NCBI GenBank assembly: GCA_045539335.1
Contig: JAZQFD010000038.1
Location: forward strand, 40 to 64,039
DNA: 64,000 nucleotides
Source of the DNA: Eubacteriales bacterium
GTDB lineage: Bacteria > Bacillota > Clostridia > Oscillospirales > QAKW01
Direction: 5' to 3'
The notes beneath the pieces were generated by a model. That model saw only the letters and a program-made list of their open reading frames with translations. It did no database searches and was not told where the DNA came from. The position numbers were made by a program, and so were the translations under genes. Below are positions 27,322 to 35,132 of the stretch, piece after piece (position 1 is the stretch's first letter; each line of letters starts with the position of its first letter).

Positions 27322-27474
27322 GTGATATTGCTTCGCAGTTATATGATGCTTTCGCATCGTGATATTTTCCTACGGACAGTTTTTAGGGCGAATAAAATAT
27401 CACTACGACCAGAGGGAGTAATATCACTTTCACAAAGTGAAAATATCACTCTTTGCACAGCAAAGAATATCACT
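27322..27474. repeat. Array of AATATCAC(T) 8/9-mers: two inverted copies, then four direct copies at a 22-24-nt period, each separated by a short palindrome
   Basis: GTGATATT is at 27322 and 27359. AATATCAC is at 27396, 27420, 27442 and 27466. The intervening palindromes are TTCGCCAAAGGCGA, TTCACAAAGTGAA and CTTTGCACAGCAAAG. Confidence 0.8.
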
Positions 27475-27562
27475 TATCTTTCTTGTTTGTTGTTAAAAGG
27501 GTTTGGGTATCACCCAAAATGAAGCATTTGTACTCACAAATGCGATGCTGGTTCTTTCCGAT

Positions 27563-27598
27563 AAGCATAAGAAAAGCCTCGATGAATTTCATCGAGGC
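27563..27598 (-). terminator. Orphan hairpin plus U-tract oriented on the minus strand
   Basis: 11-bp palindrome GCCTCGATGAA-T-TTCATCGAGGC followed on the minus strand by TTTTCTTATGC. No annotated minus-strand gene lies upstream. Confidence 0.4.
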
Positions 27599-27654
27599 TT
27601 TAATCATCCTTATGAGAAGTAGTCTTTTGTAGCTCTTTTTTATTTGATTTTTTT

Positions 27655-29214
27655 ATGTTTTCCCAATATTCGTCCATTGTTTTCAACGGGAGGGCGGGCT
27701 ATAATGAAACCATGAACAGTAAAATAATTAAAAAAACGAATAAAAACTTGGTGCCTGACAAGGTCAACCCCTCCCCCGACTACTATTGCACCTGGCAGAC
27801 CCAGCTTTACGCCACCTGCGACGGAAAGCCGGCGGGTCAGCGTGCCATCATCGGAGAGAAGGGCATGTTTTCCAAAGAAAAGCCCTTTGGCTGGGCATAC
27901 TTTTATGAGAACGCCCGAGAAGATCTTTATTTTGTGATGGACGACAGTTGGGATGTGCCCTTAGAGGACGACCCTGCCTACTACGGCAGTCTCCTTTTAA
28001 ATCAGGAAAAATTCCCCGCCTCCTATGCCAAAACCCAAGACCCCACCGAGGCTTTAAAAACTCTGACCCGCCGCATGAAGGAACTGGGCTGGAAGGGCTT
28101 GGGCGGATGGGTTTGTGCTCAGGAATCGGAGCGCTTTTTAAAAGGGCGCACCCCCGAGGAATACTGGAAGGATCAACTGACGGCCGCCCATGAGGCCGGC
28201 TTTTCCTATTGGAAGGTAGACTGGGGCAAAAAGGATACCGATCTGACCTTTCGCCGGATGTTGACCGATTTGGGGCGGCAATACGCCCCCGGGCTCATAA
28301 TTGAACACGCCAAATGCCCTGAGGCAGTGCCCTATGGGGATAGCTACCGCACCTATGACGTGCCGGCCATTATGTCCATCCCCATGACCCTGCAAAAGCT
28401 CAAGGAGCTGAGCCATACGCCCGCCGCCCAAGGGGGTGCCGGCATGATCAACTGCGAGGACGAGGCCTACATCGCCGCCGCAGGAGGCTTCTCCATGGGC
28501 ATTATGCGCCACCCTTATACGGGAGATTTTATCAACGGCAAGGCAGATGTTTCCTTCCCCGCCTTTCATCGCAACATTAAATCCAAGCTTACCGAGATCA
28601 CCCGTGCCGTCCGTTGGCATCGCTTGGCCCCTGCCTTTGGAGTAGACGGCACGCCTTTCTATATCGACCCCCAAGAGCTAACCGACACTTGGCGCTTTGA
28701 ACGTCCGGAAGAAGAATTGGAGGACTGGTGGTTCCGCAAGCCCTTTATTAAAAACTGCATTGCCGAGGGAGTGCTGACCAAAACCGCTCCTGCCCGCATT
28801 GCAAGGGGATGCCCGCCCGCTCAGGTGACTCCCGATTCCGAGGGCAATCTACCCTATACTCTTACCTGCAGTCATCCCAATGGAGCCTTCTCTATTGTAA
28901 CGGCAGGGCGAACGGCTGACCGCTCTTATTTCCTGCCCCGCTGCGCCATCTGCGCTCAAAGCGGAGCCGCCACCACCATCGGCATCTTCGGTTGCTATGA
29001 GACGCTGACTCTGCAAACGGATTTTTCCGCCATCAAGGAAGTATGGATGCAGGACCTTGCCGACGATGCCGCCTATGATATTACCGATGTCGTACCCTTT
29101 GAGCAGGGAAATTTGACCCTCTCGGGGTCGCTGATTCAAAAAATCGGCACCTCTGCCCAGCCGGAAGGCGATACCTCCGAGCCGGGGGTGGTGGTGTTCA
29201 TCAAGACCCCTTGA
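27655..29214 (+). CDS. Hypothetical cytoplasmic protein, possibly a TIM-barrel glycoside hydrolase (clan GH-D-like)
   Basis: Long clean ORF. The GFSYWKVDWGKKD block resembles the (D/Y)(Y/L)K.DW motif of melibiase-type enzymes, and there is no signal peptide. The start is uncertain (27655 or 27712) and neither candidate has a well-placed RBS. Confidence 0.6.
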   Translation: MFSQYSSIVFNGRAGYNETMNSKIIKKTNKNLVPDKVNPSPDYYCTWQTQLYATCDGKPAGQRAIIGEKGMFSKEKPFGWAYFYENAREDLYFVMDDSWDVPLEDDPAYYGSLLLNQEKFPASYAKTQDPTEALKTLTRRMKELGWKGLGGWVCAQESERFLKGRTPEEYWKDQLTAAHEAGFSYWKVDWGKKDTDLTFRRMLTDLGRQYAPGLIIEHAKCPEAVPYGDSYRTYDVPAIMSIPMTLQKLKELSHTPAAQGGAGMINCEDEAYIAAAGGFSMGIMRHPYTGDFINGKADVSFPAFHRNIKSKLTEITRAVRWHRLAPAFGVDGTPFYIDPQELTDTWRFERPEEELEDWWFRKPFIKNCIAEGVLTKTAPARIARGCPPAQVTPDSEGNLPYTLTCSHPNGAFSIVTAGRTADRSYFLPRCAICAQSGAATTIGIFGCYETLTLQTDFSAIKEVWMQDLADDAAYDITDVVPFEQGNLTLSGSLIQKIGTSAQPEGDTSEPGVVVFIKTP

Positions 29215-29273
29215 ATTTTGGCTGCTCCTGTGTTATAATAATAGCACTATCTGTTGAAAGGTTTTAGTTTGTT

Positions 29274-29639
29274 ATGCGTTTACAGGAATCCGGCGAAATG
29301 TATCTGGAAACCATCTATGTTCTCTCCAAAAAAAGTAAGGACGTTCATTCGGTAGATGTGGGAGAATATATGGGCTATTCCAAGCCCAGCGTCAGTCGAG
29401 CCATCGGGCTTTTAAAGCAGGGCGGCTTTGTGCTGATGAATAAAGACGGTGCCCTGACCTTAACCGAGGAGGGCTTGCAGGTGGCTCAAAAGATCTATGA
29501 TCGCCACACCCTGCTGACCCGCTTTTTGACCCACATCGGGGTGGATAATGAAACCGCCGCCGAGGATGCCTGCAAAATGGAGCACGATATCAGCGATGCC
29601 ACCTTTGAGGCCATCAAGACCTTTATGGAGCAAGCATAA
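29274..29639 (+). CDS. DtxR/MntR-family metal-dependent transcriptional repressor (short, no SH3 domain)
   Basis: ESGEMYLETIYVL...VHSVDVGEYMGYSKPSVSRAIGLLKQGGFV winged-helix region and the metal-site region HxLxxFL...E..A...EH. Confidence 0.8.
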   Translation: MRLQESGEMYLETIYVLSKKSKDVHSVDVGEYMGYSKPSVSRAIGLLKQGGFVLMNKDGALTLTEEGLQVAQKIYDRHTLLTRFLTHIGVDNETAAEDACKMEHDISDATFEAIKTFMEQA

Positions 29640-29677
29640 CCCAAAAGCTTTATGCCGTTCCAAACATTTTTCTAAAA

Positions 29678-29718
29678 GAAAGAGCTGTGAAAAAACCATG
29701 TTTTTCACAGCTCTTTTT
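29678..29718. terminator. Bidirectional terminator between the repressor gene and the MBL-fold gene
   Basis: 14-bp stem AGAGCTGTGAAAAA/TTTTTCACAGCTCT. Confidence 0.8.
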
Positions 29719-29720
29719 AC

Positions 29721-30404
29721 TTATTGTAATAATTCTTTCACAGAATACTCTTTGTCGAATTCCAACACCTTGCTGCCTTCCACTTTTTCGGTGAATTTGC
29801 AGGGATCCTCGGTATTGGAGGCAAACATATCATAATGATTGGGGATGCTGACCTTGGCGCCGATGGCATGGGCGGTAGTCACCGCTTCCTCCACCGTCAT
29901 ATTCCCCAGCTTACCGTTGATGCAAAGAAAGGCCAAGTCCGGCTTTTCCTCGGCAATCTCAAACAGCCGCTCATCAAAGAGGGTGTCGCTGCTGAAATAA
30001 AGGGTATACCCTTCTGCCCGCACCAAAAGACCAAAGGCCTCGCAGGTATGGCAGGCGTAGACCGCCTGAAGGATGAAATCTCCTACCCGAAGGGTATCCC
30101 CCAGAGAGAGCGCAGTCACATGAATCTGCCCCAATTCGGCCAGATGAGCCTTGCCCTCTCGGGTCGTGATAAAAAACTGATCCTTGGGCATTGCTGCGGC
30201 GGCTTCGGGGTCCAAATGATCCATATGATCATGGGTGCAGATTACGGCATCCGCCTGAATCTTAGCCGGATCCAAGGGAGACGGTAAGGAGCGTTCTCTG
30301 CCGGCCACCTTGTTCACAATATCCGACAAATAGGGATCTAAAATCAGCTCTGTGGCGCCGCTTTTTAAAACATAGCCGCTTTGGCCGATGGGTCGAATGA
30401 TCAT
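29721..30404 (-). CDS. MBL-fold metallo-hydrolase (UlaG/COG2220-like; candidate lactonase)
   Basis: THDHMDHLD metal motif in a 227-aa protein. The start overlaps the SDR stop (ATGA). Confidence 0.75.
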   Translation of the reverse strand: MIIRPIGQSGYVLKSGATELILDPYLSDIVNKVAGRERSLPSPLDPAKIQADAVICTHDHMDHLDPEAAAAMPKDQFFITTREGKAHLAELGQIHVTALSLGDTLRVGDFILQAVYACHTCEAFGLLVRAEGYTLYFSSDTLFDERLFEIAEEKPDLAFLCINGKLGNMTVEEAVTTAHAIGAKVSIPNHYDMFASNTEDPCKFTEKVEGSKVLEFDKEYSVKELLQ

Positions 30405-31132
30405 TGGACGCTTTTGCCTCCGTCTACATAGATATTCTGACCGGTGATGTACCGCCCTTCCTCACTGCATAAAAGCGTCACGATGCCGGCGCAATCCTCG
30501 GGAGTGCCATAAAAGCCAACGGGGATGCTGTCCCGCACCTTTTGGGCATAGGCCTCATCCGACAAGGCCTCTGCATTGCGGTCGGTATCGATGACTCCGG
30601 GAGCCACGTTATTGACGGTGATGCCGTCTTTGGCCAGTTGCAGGGCCAAAGATTGCACCATATTGGTCTGAGCCGCCTTGGAGGCGGAATAGACCAGCAT
30701 ATCGGGATGGGGCTTGGCCTCCTGCACCGAACCAATGGTCACAATACGGCCCCATTTTTTGACCTGCATGGCCGGAGCCAGCAGTTGAATCAGCCGCATG
30801 GAGGACACAAAATTGCAATTAAGCTGCTCATAGCAGGCCTCCACCGTAATCTCCTTCCAAGGAGTGCGATACTGCAAAGAGGCATTGAGGACCAACACAT
30901 CCACCTGTCCTACCTGCTGAGCCAATCCTTCCGTTTCCTGAAGGTTGCAAAGATTGCCCCAAACGGTCTCGGCCTTGCCGCCCTTCTGCTCAATGAGGGC
31001 TTTGACCTCTGCCGCCTTGGGATTGCCTTCCTTAACGCTATGAACATATACCATAAAGCCCTGCTCAGCCAATGCCAAGGCCAAGGCTCTGCCGATCCCT
31101 CGAGAGGAACCGGTGATCAATGCTTTTTTCAT
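30401..31132 (-). CDS. Short-chain dehydrogenase/reductase (classical SDR)
   Basis: TGSSRGIGRA cofactor motif and the NAS...S...YSASK catalytic set. The start overlaps the GH10-like stop. Confidence 0.85.
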   Translation of the reverse strand: MKKALITGSSRGIGRALALALAEQGFMVYVHSVKEGNPKAAEVKALIEQKGGKAETVWGNLCNLQETEGLAQQVGQVDVLVLNASLQYRTPWKEITVEACYEQLNCNFVSSMRLIQLLAPAMQVKKWGRIVTIGSVQEAKPHPDMLVYSASKAAQTNMVQSLALQLAKDGITVNNVAPGVIDTDRNAEALSDEAYAQKVRDSIPVGFYGTPEDCAGIVTLLCSEEGRYITGQNIYVDGGKSVQ

Positions 31133-32445
31133 GCTTTATCTTCCTTTTGAATTGAAAACTCTTTTGAAAAACCCTCTGCGGTGGCAATATAATCGCCATA
31201 AAAGCCTCGGAAGGAGACCTCGCCCTTTTCATCGGCGGTTAAGGTCAGATCCGTGTGCCACTTATGGTGAACCAGATCATACAACCGATCTGCCGCCTTT
31301 TTGGGGGTCAGATCCCGATGGAAAAGGCCGCCCCGACAGTTATTTTCATTGCGGCCGGGCTCCACAAAGGCATAGCCATCGCAGCTATTCCAATAAACAA
31401 TGGCATCCACGCCGGGATGAGAGAACCAAAGAGAATACAGCTTCTCCAGCAGATCTGCCTGCAGCTCCTCCCCTGCCTCATCCTCGGTGAAGGTGGGCAC
31501 CGTTACCTCGGTGATCTCAATGGACTTGCCGAACTCGGCCAAAAGATCCAGATCCCGATAATTCTGATAGGCATCATAATATTTCAGCCCATCCAGCACC
31601 GACCGCTCATAAGCCTCCTGCTCCATGGCACGAACGCCGGTAAACTGATGGCGCTGAATGCCGATGCGATCGATTTTTGCCCCTTGCTTTAAAAGACTGT
31701 CCAGATACAGATAATAGGGGCTCATATCCTCTCTGGTCAATACCGTGTTACTGCCGGTCTCATTGATGGTCAACTGATCGGCAGGGAAATACTTCTCCGC
31801 CATATCAAAGCAATGCTTCACAATATCCCGCTTGCGGCTCATGGCCGTCTTGCGGTCGCCGACGCAGAAATGCTCATTGACCACCTCTACCTCAAACATC
31901 TTGCCGGCATACCGCTCTGCGATCTGGGAAAAACGCTTCTCTAATTTTTCAAGGCAGGTCTCCAGATCGGCATCGTACAGCCACTTGGGAGAAAACTTAT
32001 CGTAATACAGCACATGAAGCTTGGGCTCTACTCCATACTCTTGGCAATAATTGAAGCAAAGATCGGTGGCAGGGCGGCGATAGATATTAGGACTGTCGGC
32101 ATCATAGCGAGGACTCCCCTCCTCCGGCTCCAAGGTATCCCAATAAAAGGGAATGGTTCCCAAATTGAAATGCTTGGCAAAAAGTTCCCGATACTCCAGA
32201 TTTTTCTCGGGGGTATCCAGCTGATCCAGCAGCAGGAGATTGGCGCCGAATTTAAAGGCATGGCTCTTTTGGGTAATATGCACGGTTTTGCCCGCCATCT
32301 CTTTGCCCAGCTTCAGGGTGCAATCTCCCTTGCGGTATTGCTCAATGCCCTGCTCTATTTTTTGGTCCAGTCCTTCATATTCCGCCCATTTGGCTTCATA
32401 TAAAGCCCGAACTTCCTCTAATTTTTCGGTTTGAAAGTTTTTCAT
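31129..32445 (-). CDS. Intracellular GH10-like glycoside hydrolase (beta-1,4-xylanase family fold)
   Basis: IPFYWDTLEPEEG, VVNEHF (acid/base Asn-Glu) and IEITEVTV (nucleophile Glu) occur in GH10 order. There is no signal peptide. AGGAG RBS is present. Confidence 0.6.
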   Translation of the reverse strand: MKNFQTEKLEEVRALYEAKWAEYEGLDQKIEQGIEQYRKGDCTLKLGKEMAGKTVHITQKSHAFKFGANLLLLDQLDTPEKNLEYRELFAKHFNLGTIPFYWDTLEPEEGSPRYDADSPNIYRRPATDLCFNYCQEYGVEPKLHVLYYDKFSPKWLYDADLETCLEKLEKRFSQIAERYAGKMFEVEVVNEHFCVGDRKTAMSRKRDIVKHCFDMAEKYFPADQLTINETGSNTVLTREDMSPYYLYLDSLLKQGAKIDRIGIQRHQFTGVRAMEQEAYERSVLDGLKYYDAYQNYRDLDLLAEFGKSIEITEVTVPTFTEDEAGEELQADLLEKLYSLWFSHPGVDAIVYWNSCDGYAFVEPGRNENNCRGGLFHRDLTPKKAADRLYDLVHHKWHTDLTLTADEKGEVSFRGFYGDYIATAEGFSKEFSIQKEDKA

Positions 32446-32470
32446 CGGTTACTCCTTTGAATATATGCAA

Positions 32471-32765
32471 AAGCGCCAAAAATCCGCCTTTATCTGTAAG
32501 GAAAAGATTCCAAAATTCTGCCGTTATCTGTAAGGAAAAGATTCCAAAAATCTCCTTTATCTGTAAGGAAAAGTTTGAGAATATTTTTCGTCTTCTTCGA
32601 ACGAAGGCGTATACCGATACGCCGAGAGAGAAAAGGCGGAAAAGATTCCAAAATCCCTCTTATTGGTAAGGCGAAGTTTCGGATGATTTTTTCGTTTCTC
32701 CGAACGAAGGCGTATGTCGATACGCCGAGGGCGGAAAACGGGAAAAGCGCCGAAAATCCGCCTTA
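32471..32765. repeat. Modular intergenic repeat: three 33-34-bp units followed by two ~105-bp units carrying a GGCGTAT-n4-ATACGCC hairpin
   Basis: TTATCTGTAAGGAAAAGATTCCAAAA occurs at 32490, 32524 and 32557. CGAACGAAGGCGTAT(AC/GT)CGATACGCCGAG occurs at ~32598 and ~32701. Flanking AAAAGCGCC(A/G)AAAATCCGCC occurs at 32469 and 32744. Confidence 0.85.
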
Positions 32766-33677
32766 CAGGGCTGTCTGTGTGTCGTTGGGATCCCCGTTTC
32801 TAGCCAGCTCATATTCTTTGGACCAATCAAGATCCCGATACTCCGCACCTCTCGGATCATTCTTGATCCAGTCGGTCAGCAGATCCAGCATTTCTTCGGT
32901 CCAGGTGTTGCGGTCGATCTGAGCGGTAGTAAATCGACCTTGGGCGATCATTTCGAAACCGAAATCATCTTTAACGTGGGTTTTGGCTGCTCCTTCTACC
33001 ACCTCAGCCACCAAATGGCTGGGGATAAAGAGCACACCGCCGCCGGCACCAAAGACCACATCGCCGGGCAGGCAGACAGCGCCGCCGAAATAGGTAATAT
33101 CGTTCCAATCCTTCATGACAAACTCCCGAATGGGGGTGGGATCGATGCCACGATAATAGACCTGCACATCGGGAACCTGCTTCATCTGCTCCACATCACG
33201 GATGCCGCCCCATACCACAGCGCCGCCGGTTTTGGTGCGCTTTTGGAGAGCGGTGGTGAGGTTGCCGCCTAAAAAGGTTCCTTTGTATATTTTATCATAC
33301 ATGTCAACAACCACAACGTCCCGTTCCACCAAGCTATCGATGACCCATTGGTTGTAGTTTCCGCTACGACCGTCCTCCGCACCTTTTTCAAACTGCACCT
33401 CATGGAGATCGGGGCGGGTGGGGCAATAACTGCAGGTAACCGCACGGCCCACCAGCTTTCTGCCGTCATCATGGAGGGTATGCAGGGGTGCTAAGCCCCC
33501 GCCCACAAACTGATGCTCATAGCCCAGCACATAGATGGGCTTCCAAACCTCCTCCAAGGTCATATCCTTTAAGGCGTCTAAGTATTTATCCTCTACTTTA
33601 GGTCTGCCGTCGGGCAGGCGCTCCCCTTTCCATTGGGGGGTCAAGGCAATAATGCGTTCACGATCATTAAAATTCAT
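32763..33677 (-). CDS. RraA-like / HMG-CHA-aldolase-fold protein
   Basis: GGNLTTALQKRTKTGGAVVWGGIRDVEQM matches the RraA/dimethylmenaquinone-methyltransferase-family core. The ATG at 33677 has a TGGAG RBS. The track start at 33692 is TTG. Confidence 0.7.
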   Translation of the reverse strand: MNFNDRERIIALTPQWKGERLPDGRPKVEDKYLDALKDMTLEEVWKPIYVLGYEHQFVGGGLAPLHTLHDDGRKLVGRAVTCSYCPTRPDLHEVQFEKGAEDGRSGNYNQWVIDSLVERDVVVVDMYDKIYKGTFLGGNLTTALQKRTKTGGAVVWGGIRDVEQMKQVPDVQVYYRGIDPTPIREFVMKDWNDITYFGGAVCLPGDVVFGAGGGVLFIPSHLVAEVVEGAAKTHVKDDFGFEMIAQGRFTTAQIDRNTWTEEMLDLLTDWIKNDPRGAEYRDLDWSKEYELARNGDPNDTQTAL

Positions 33678-33682
33678 AACGG

Positions 33683-35020
33683 TCAACTCCAAATTCTATC
33701 GTTTGAAAATTCTTGATTCCACTGATCGGTAGGCTCAAAATAGCCGGGGATCTGGGGATTGATATGGGCACGAAGCACCTCTTCATTCAGATCGTCAAAT
33801 CCAAGGCCGGGCTTCTCAGGCACTTTAATAAAGCCATTTTCAAAAATGGGATTGGCAATGCCCGTTACCATATCGGCCCACCAAGGCACATCCACCGAAT
33901 GGAACTCCAGCGCCAGTACGCTATGCATAGCAGCAGCCGCATGAACGGCGGCCAAGCAAGCAACCGGGCTTTCGGCCATATGAATGGCAGTAGCCACGCC
34001 ATGCTCATCGGCATAATCGGCAATCTTTTTCAGCTCCAAAGCGCCGCCGCAGGTGAGAATATCGGGATGGATCACCGAAACGCCGCCGGCATCGATTAAG
34101 TTCTTGAAGCCTTCCTTTAAATAGATATCTTCACCGGTGCAAACGGGAACGGTGGTATTATTCTTCAGCCGCACATACTGATCGGTATAGATCCAAGGCA
34201 CCATATCCTCGATCCATGCCAGATTATAGGGCTCCATTCTCTTGGCAAAGCGGATGCAATCCTCTACGCAAACATGGCCGAAATGATCAATGGCCAAAGG
34301 CACCTCATAGCCAATGACCTCCCGCACCTCTTTCACATAGTTTTCCAAATAATCCAAGCCCTTTTCGGTCAGATGAATGCCGGTGAAGGGATGGGCGGTG
34401 GTAACGATATCATAGCTCTTTTGATGCTTGAGCATATCGGAGGTCACACTGCCGCCCTGCACATTCAGAATGTGGGAGGCATATTTTTTCATCTCATCAA
34501 TATAACCCAAGGGGGCATTGATGGTGCCGGGCTCGTCCAAGAGCAGGCCGATGCCCAAATCCATTTTCAGGAAGGTAAAGCCCATTTCCATTCTCTTTTT
34601 CAGGGCAAGACCCATATCATGACCGGTATGCTTACCGTCTACATCGGTATCACAATAGACCCGAATCTCATCACGGAACTTTCCGCCCAGCAGTTGATAA
34701 AGGGGAACGCCATAGGCCTTTCCTGCCAGATCCCAAAGAGCGATCTCGATACCCGAGACGCCGCCGCCCTGACGGGAGGGACCGCCAAACTGCTTAATCT
34801 TGCGGAAAATCTTATCCACATTACAAGGGTTTTCGCCGATGATGCGGCTTTTGAGCATCAAGGCATAGGTCTTGCTGGAGGCATCCCGCACTTCGCCGAA
34901 GCCGGAAATGCCTTGGTTGGTATCGATCCGCAGGATGGTACAGCGCTTGGGAGCGCCATCAATATCCACAAAGCGAAGATCGGTGATCCGAAGATCAGAA
35001 GGATTGGAACAAGTATTCAT
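33683..35020 (-). CDS. Enolase-superfamily dehydratase (mandelate racemase/muconate lactonizing family, acid-sugar dehydratase-like)
   Basis: ITDLRF...ILRIDTNQGISGFGEV capping domain and barrel blocks LAIDHFGH, WIEDM and TGEDIY carrying the metal-ligand D/E/E pattern. The ATG at 35020 has an AGAGGTG RBS. Confidence 0.8.
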   Translation of the reverse strand: MNTCSNPSDLRITDLRFVDIDGAPKRCTILRIDTNQGISGFGEVRDASSKTYALMLKSRIIGENPCNVDKIFRKIKQFGGPSRQGGGVSGIEIALWDLAGKAYGVPLYQLLGGKFRDEIRVYCDTDVDGKHTGHDMGLALKKRMEMGFTFLKMDLGIGLLLDEPGTINAPLGYIDEMKKYASHILNVQGGSVTSDMLKHQKSYDIVTTAHPFTGIHLTEKGLDYLENYVKEVREVIGYEVPLAIDHFGHVCVEDCIRFAKRMEPYNLAWIEDMVPWIYTDQYVRLKNNTTVPVCTGEDIYLKEGFKNLIDAGGVSVIHPDILTCGGALELKKIADYADEHGVATAIHMAESPVACLAAVHAAAAMHSVLALEFHSVDVPWWADMVTGIANPIFENGFIKVPEKPGLGFDDLNEEVLRAHINPQIPGYFEPTDQWNQEFSNDRIWS

Positions 35021-35132
35021 ATCAGCACCTCTTGACAATTAAACTTTTTTATTTTATACTACACCAAACGCCTTATATTTTCATCAACTATATTATCCTT
35101 TTTACAAACTATTTTAAGATTTAGAGGTTTTT

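Noticed and set aside
27244-27522. 92-aa plus-strand ORF covering the AATATCACT repeat array.
   Set aside because: It starts inside the RHH gene's last codons and runs through that gene's terminator. Its sequence simply reflects the reiterated DNA palindromes, and it has no RBS.
27486-27632. 47-codon minus-strand frame (MIKASMKFIEAFLMLIGKNQHRICEYKCF...) upstream of the orphan minus-strand hairpin, considered as a possible small toxin or type I TA peptide.
   Set aside because: The only purine-rich tract abuts the ATG with no spacer. The hairpin lies inside the frame rather than after it. I recognise no family, so support is insufficient to call a gene.
32446-32765. Possibility that the 33-bp periodic repeats are a small CRISPR array.
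   Set aside because: The conserved part is ~26 bp but the variable part is only ~7 nt, and unit lengths change to ~105 bp. There are no cas genes in the window, and the array sits inside an operon between two co-directional metabolic genes.
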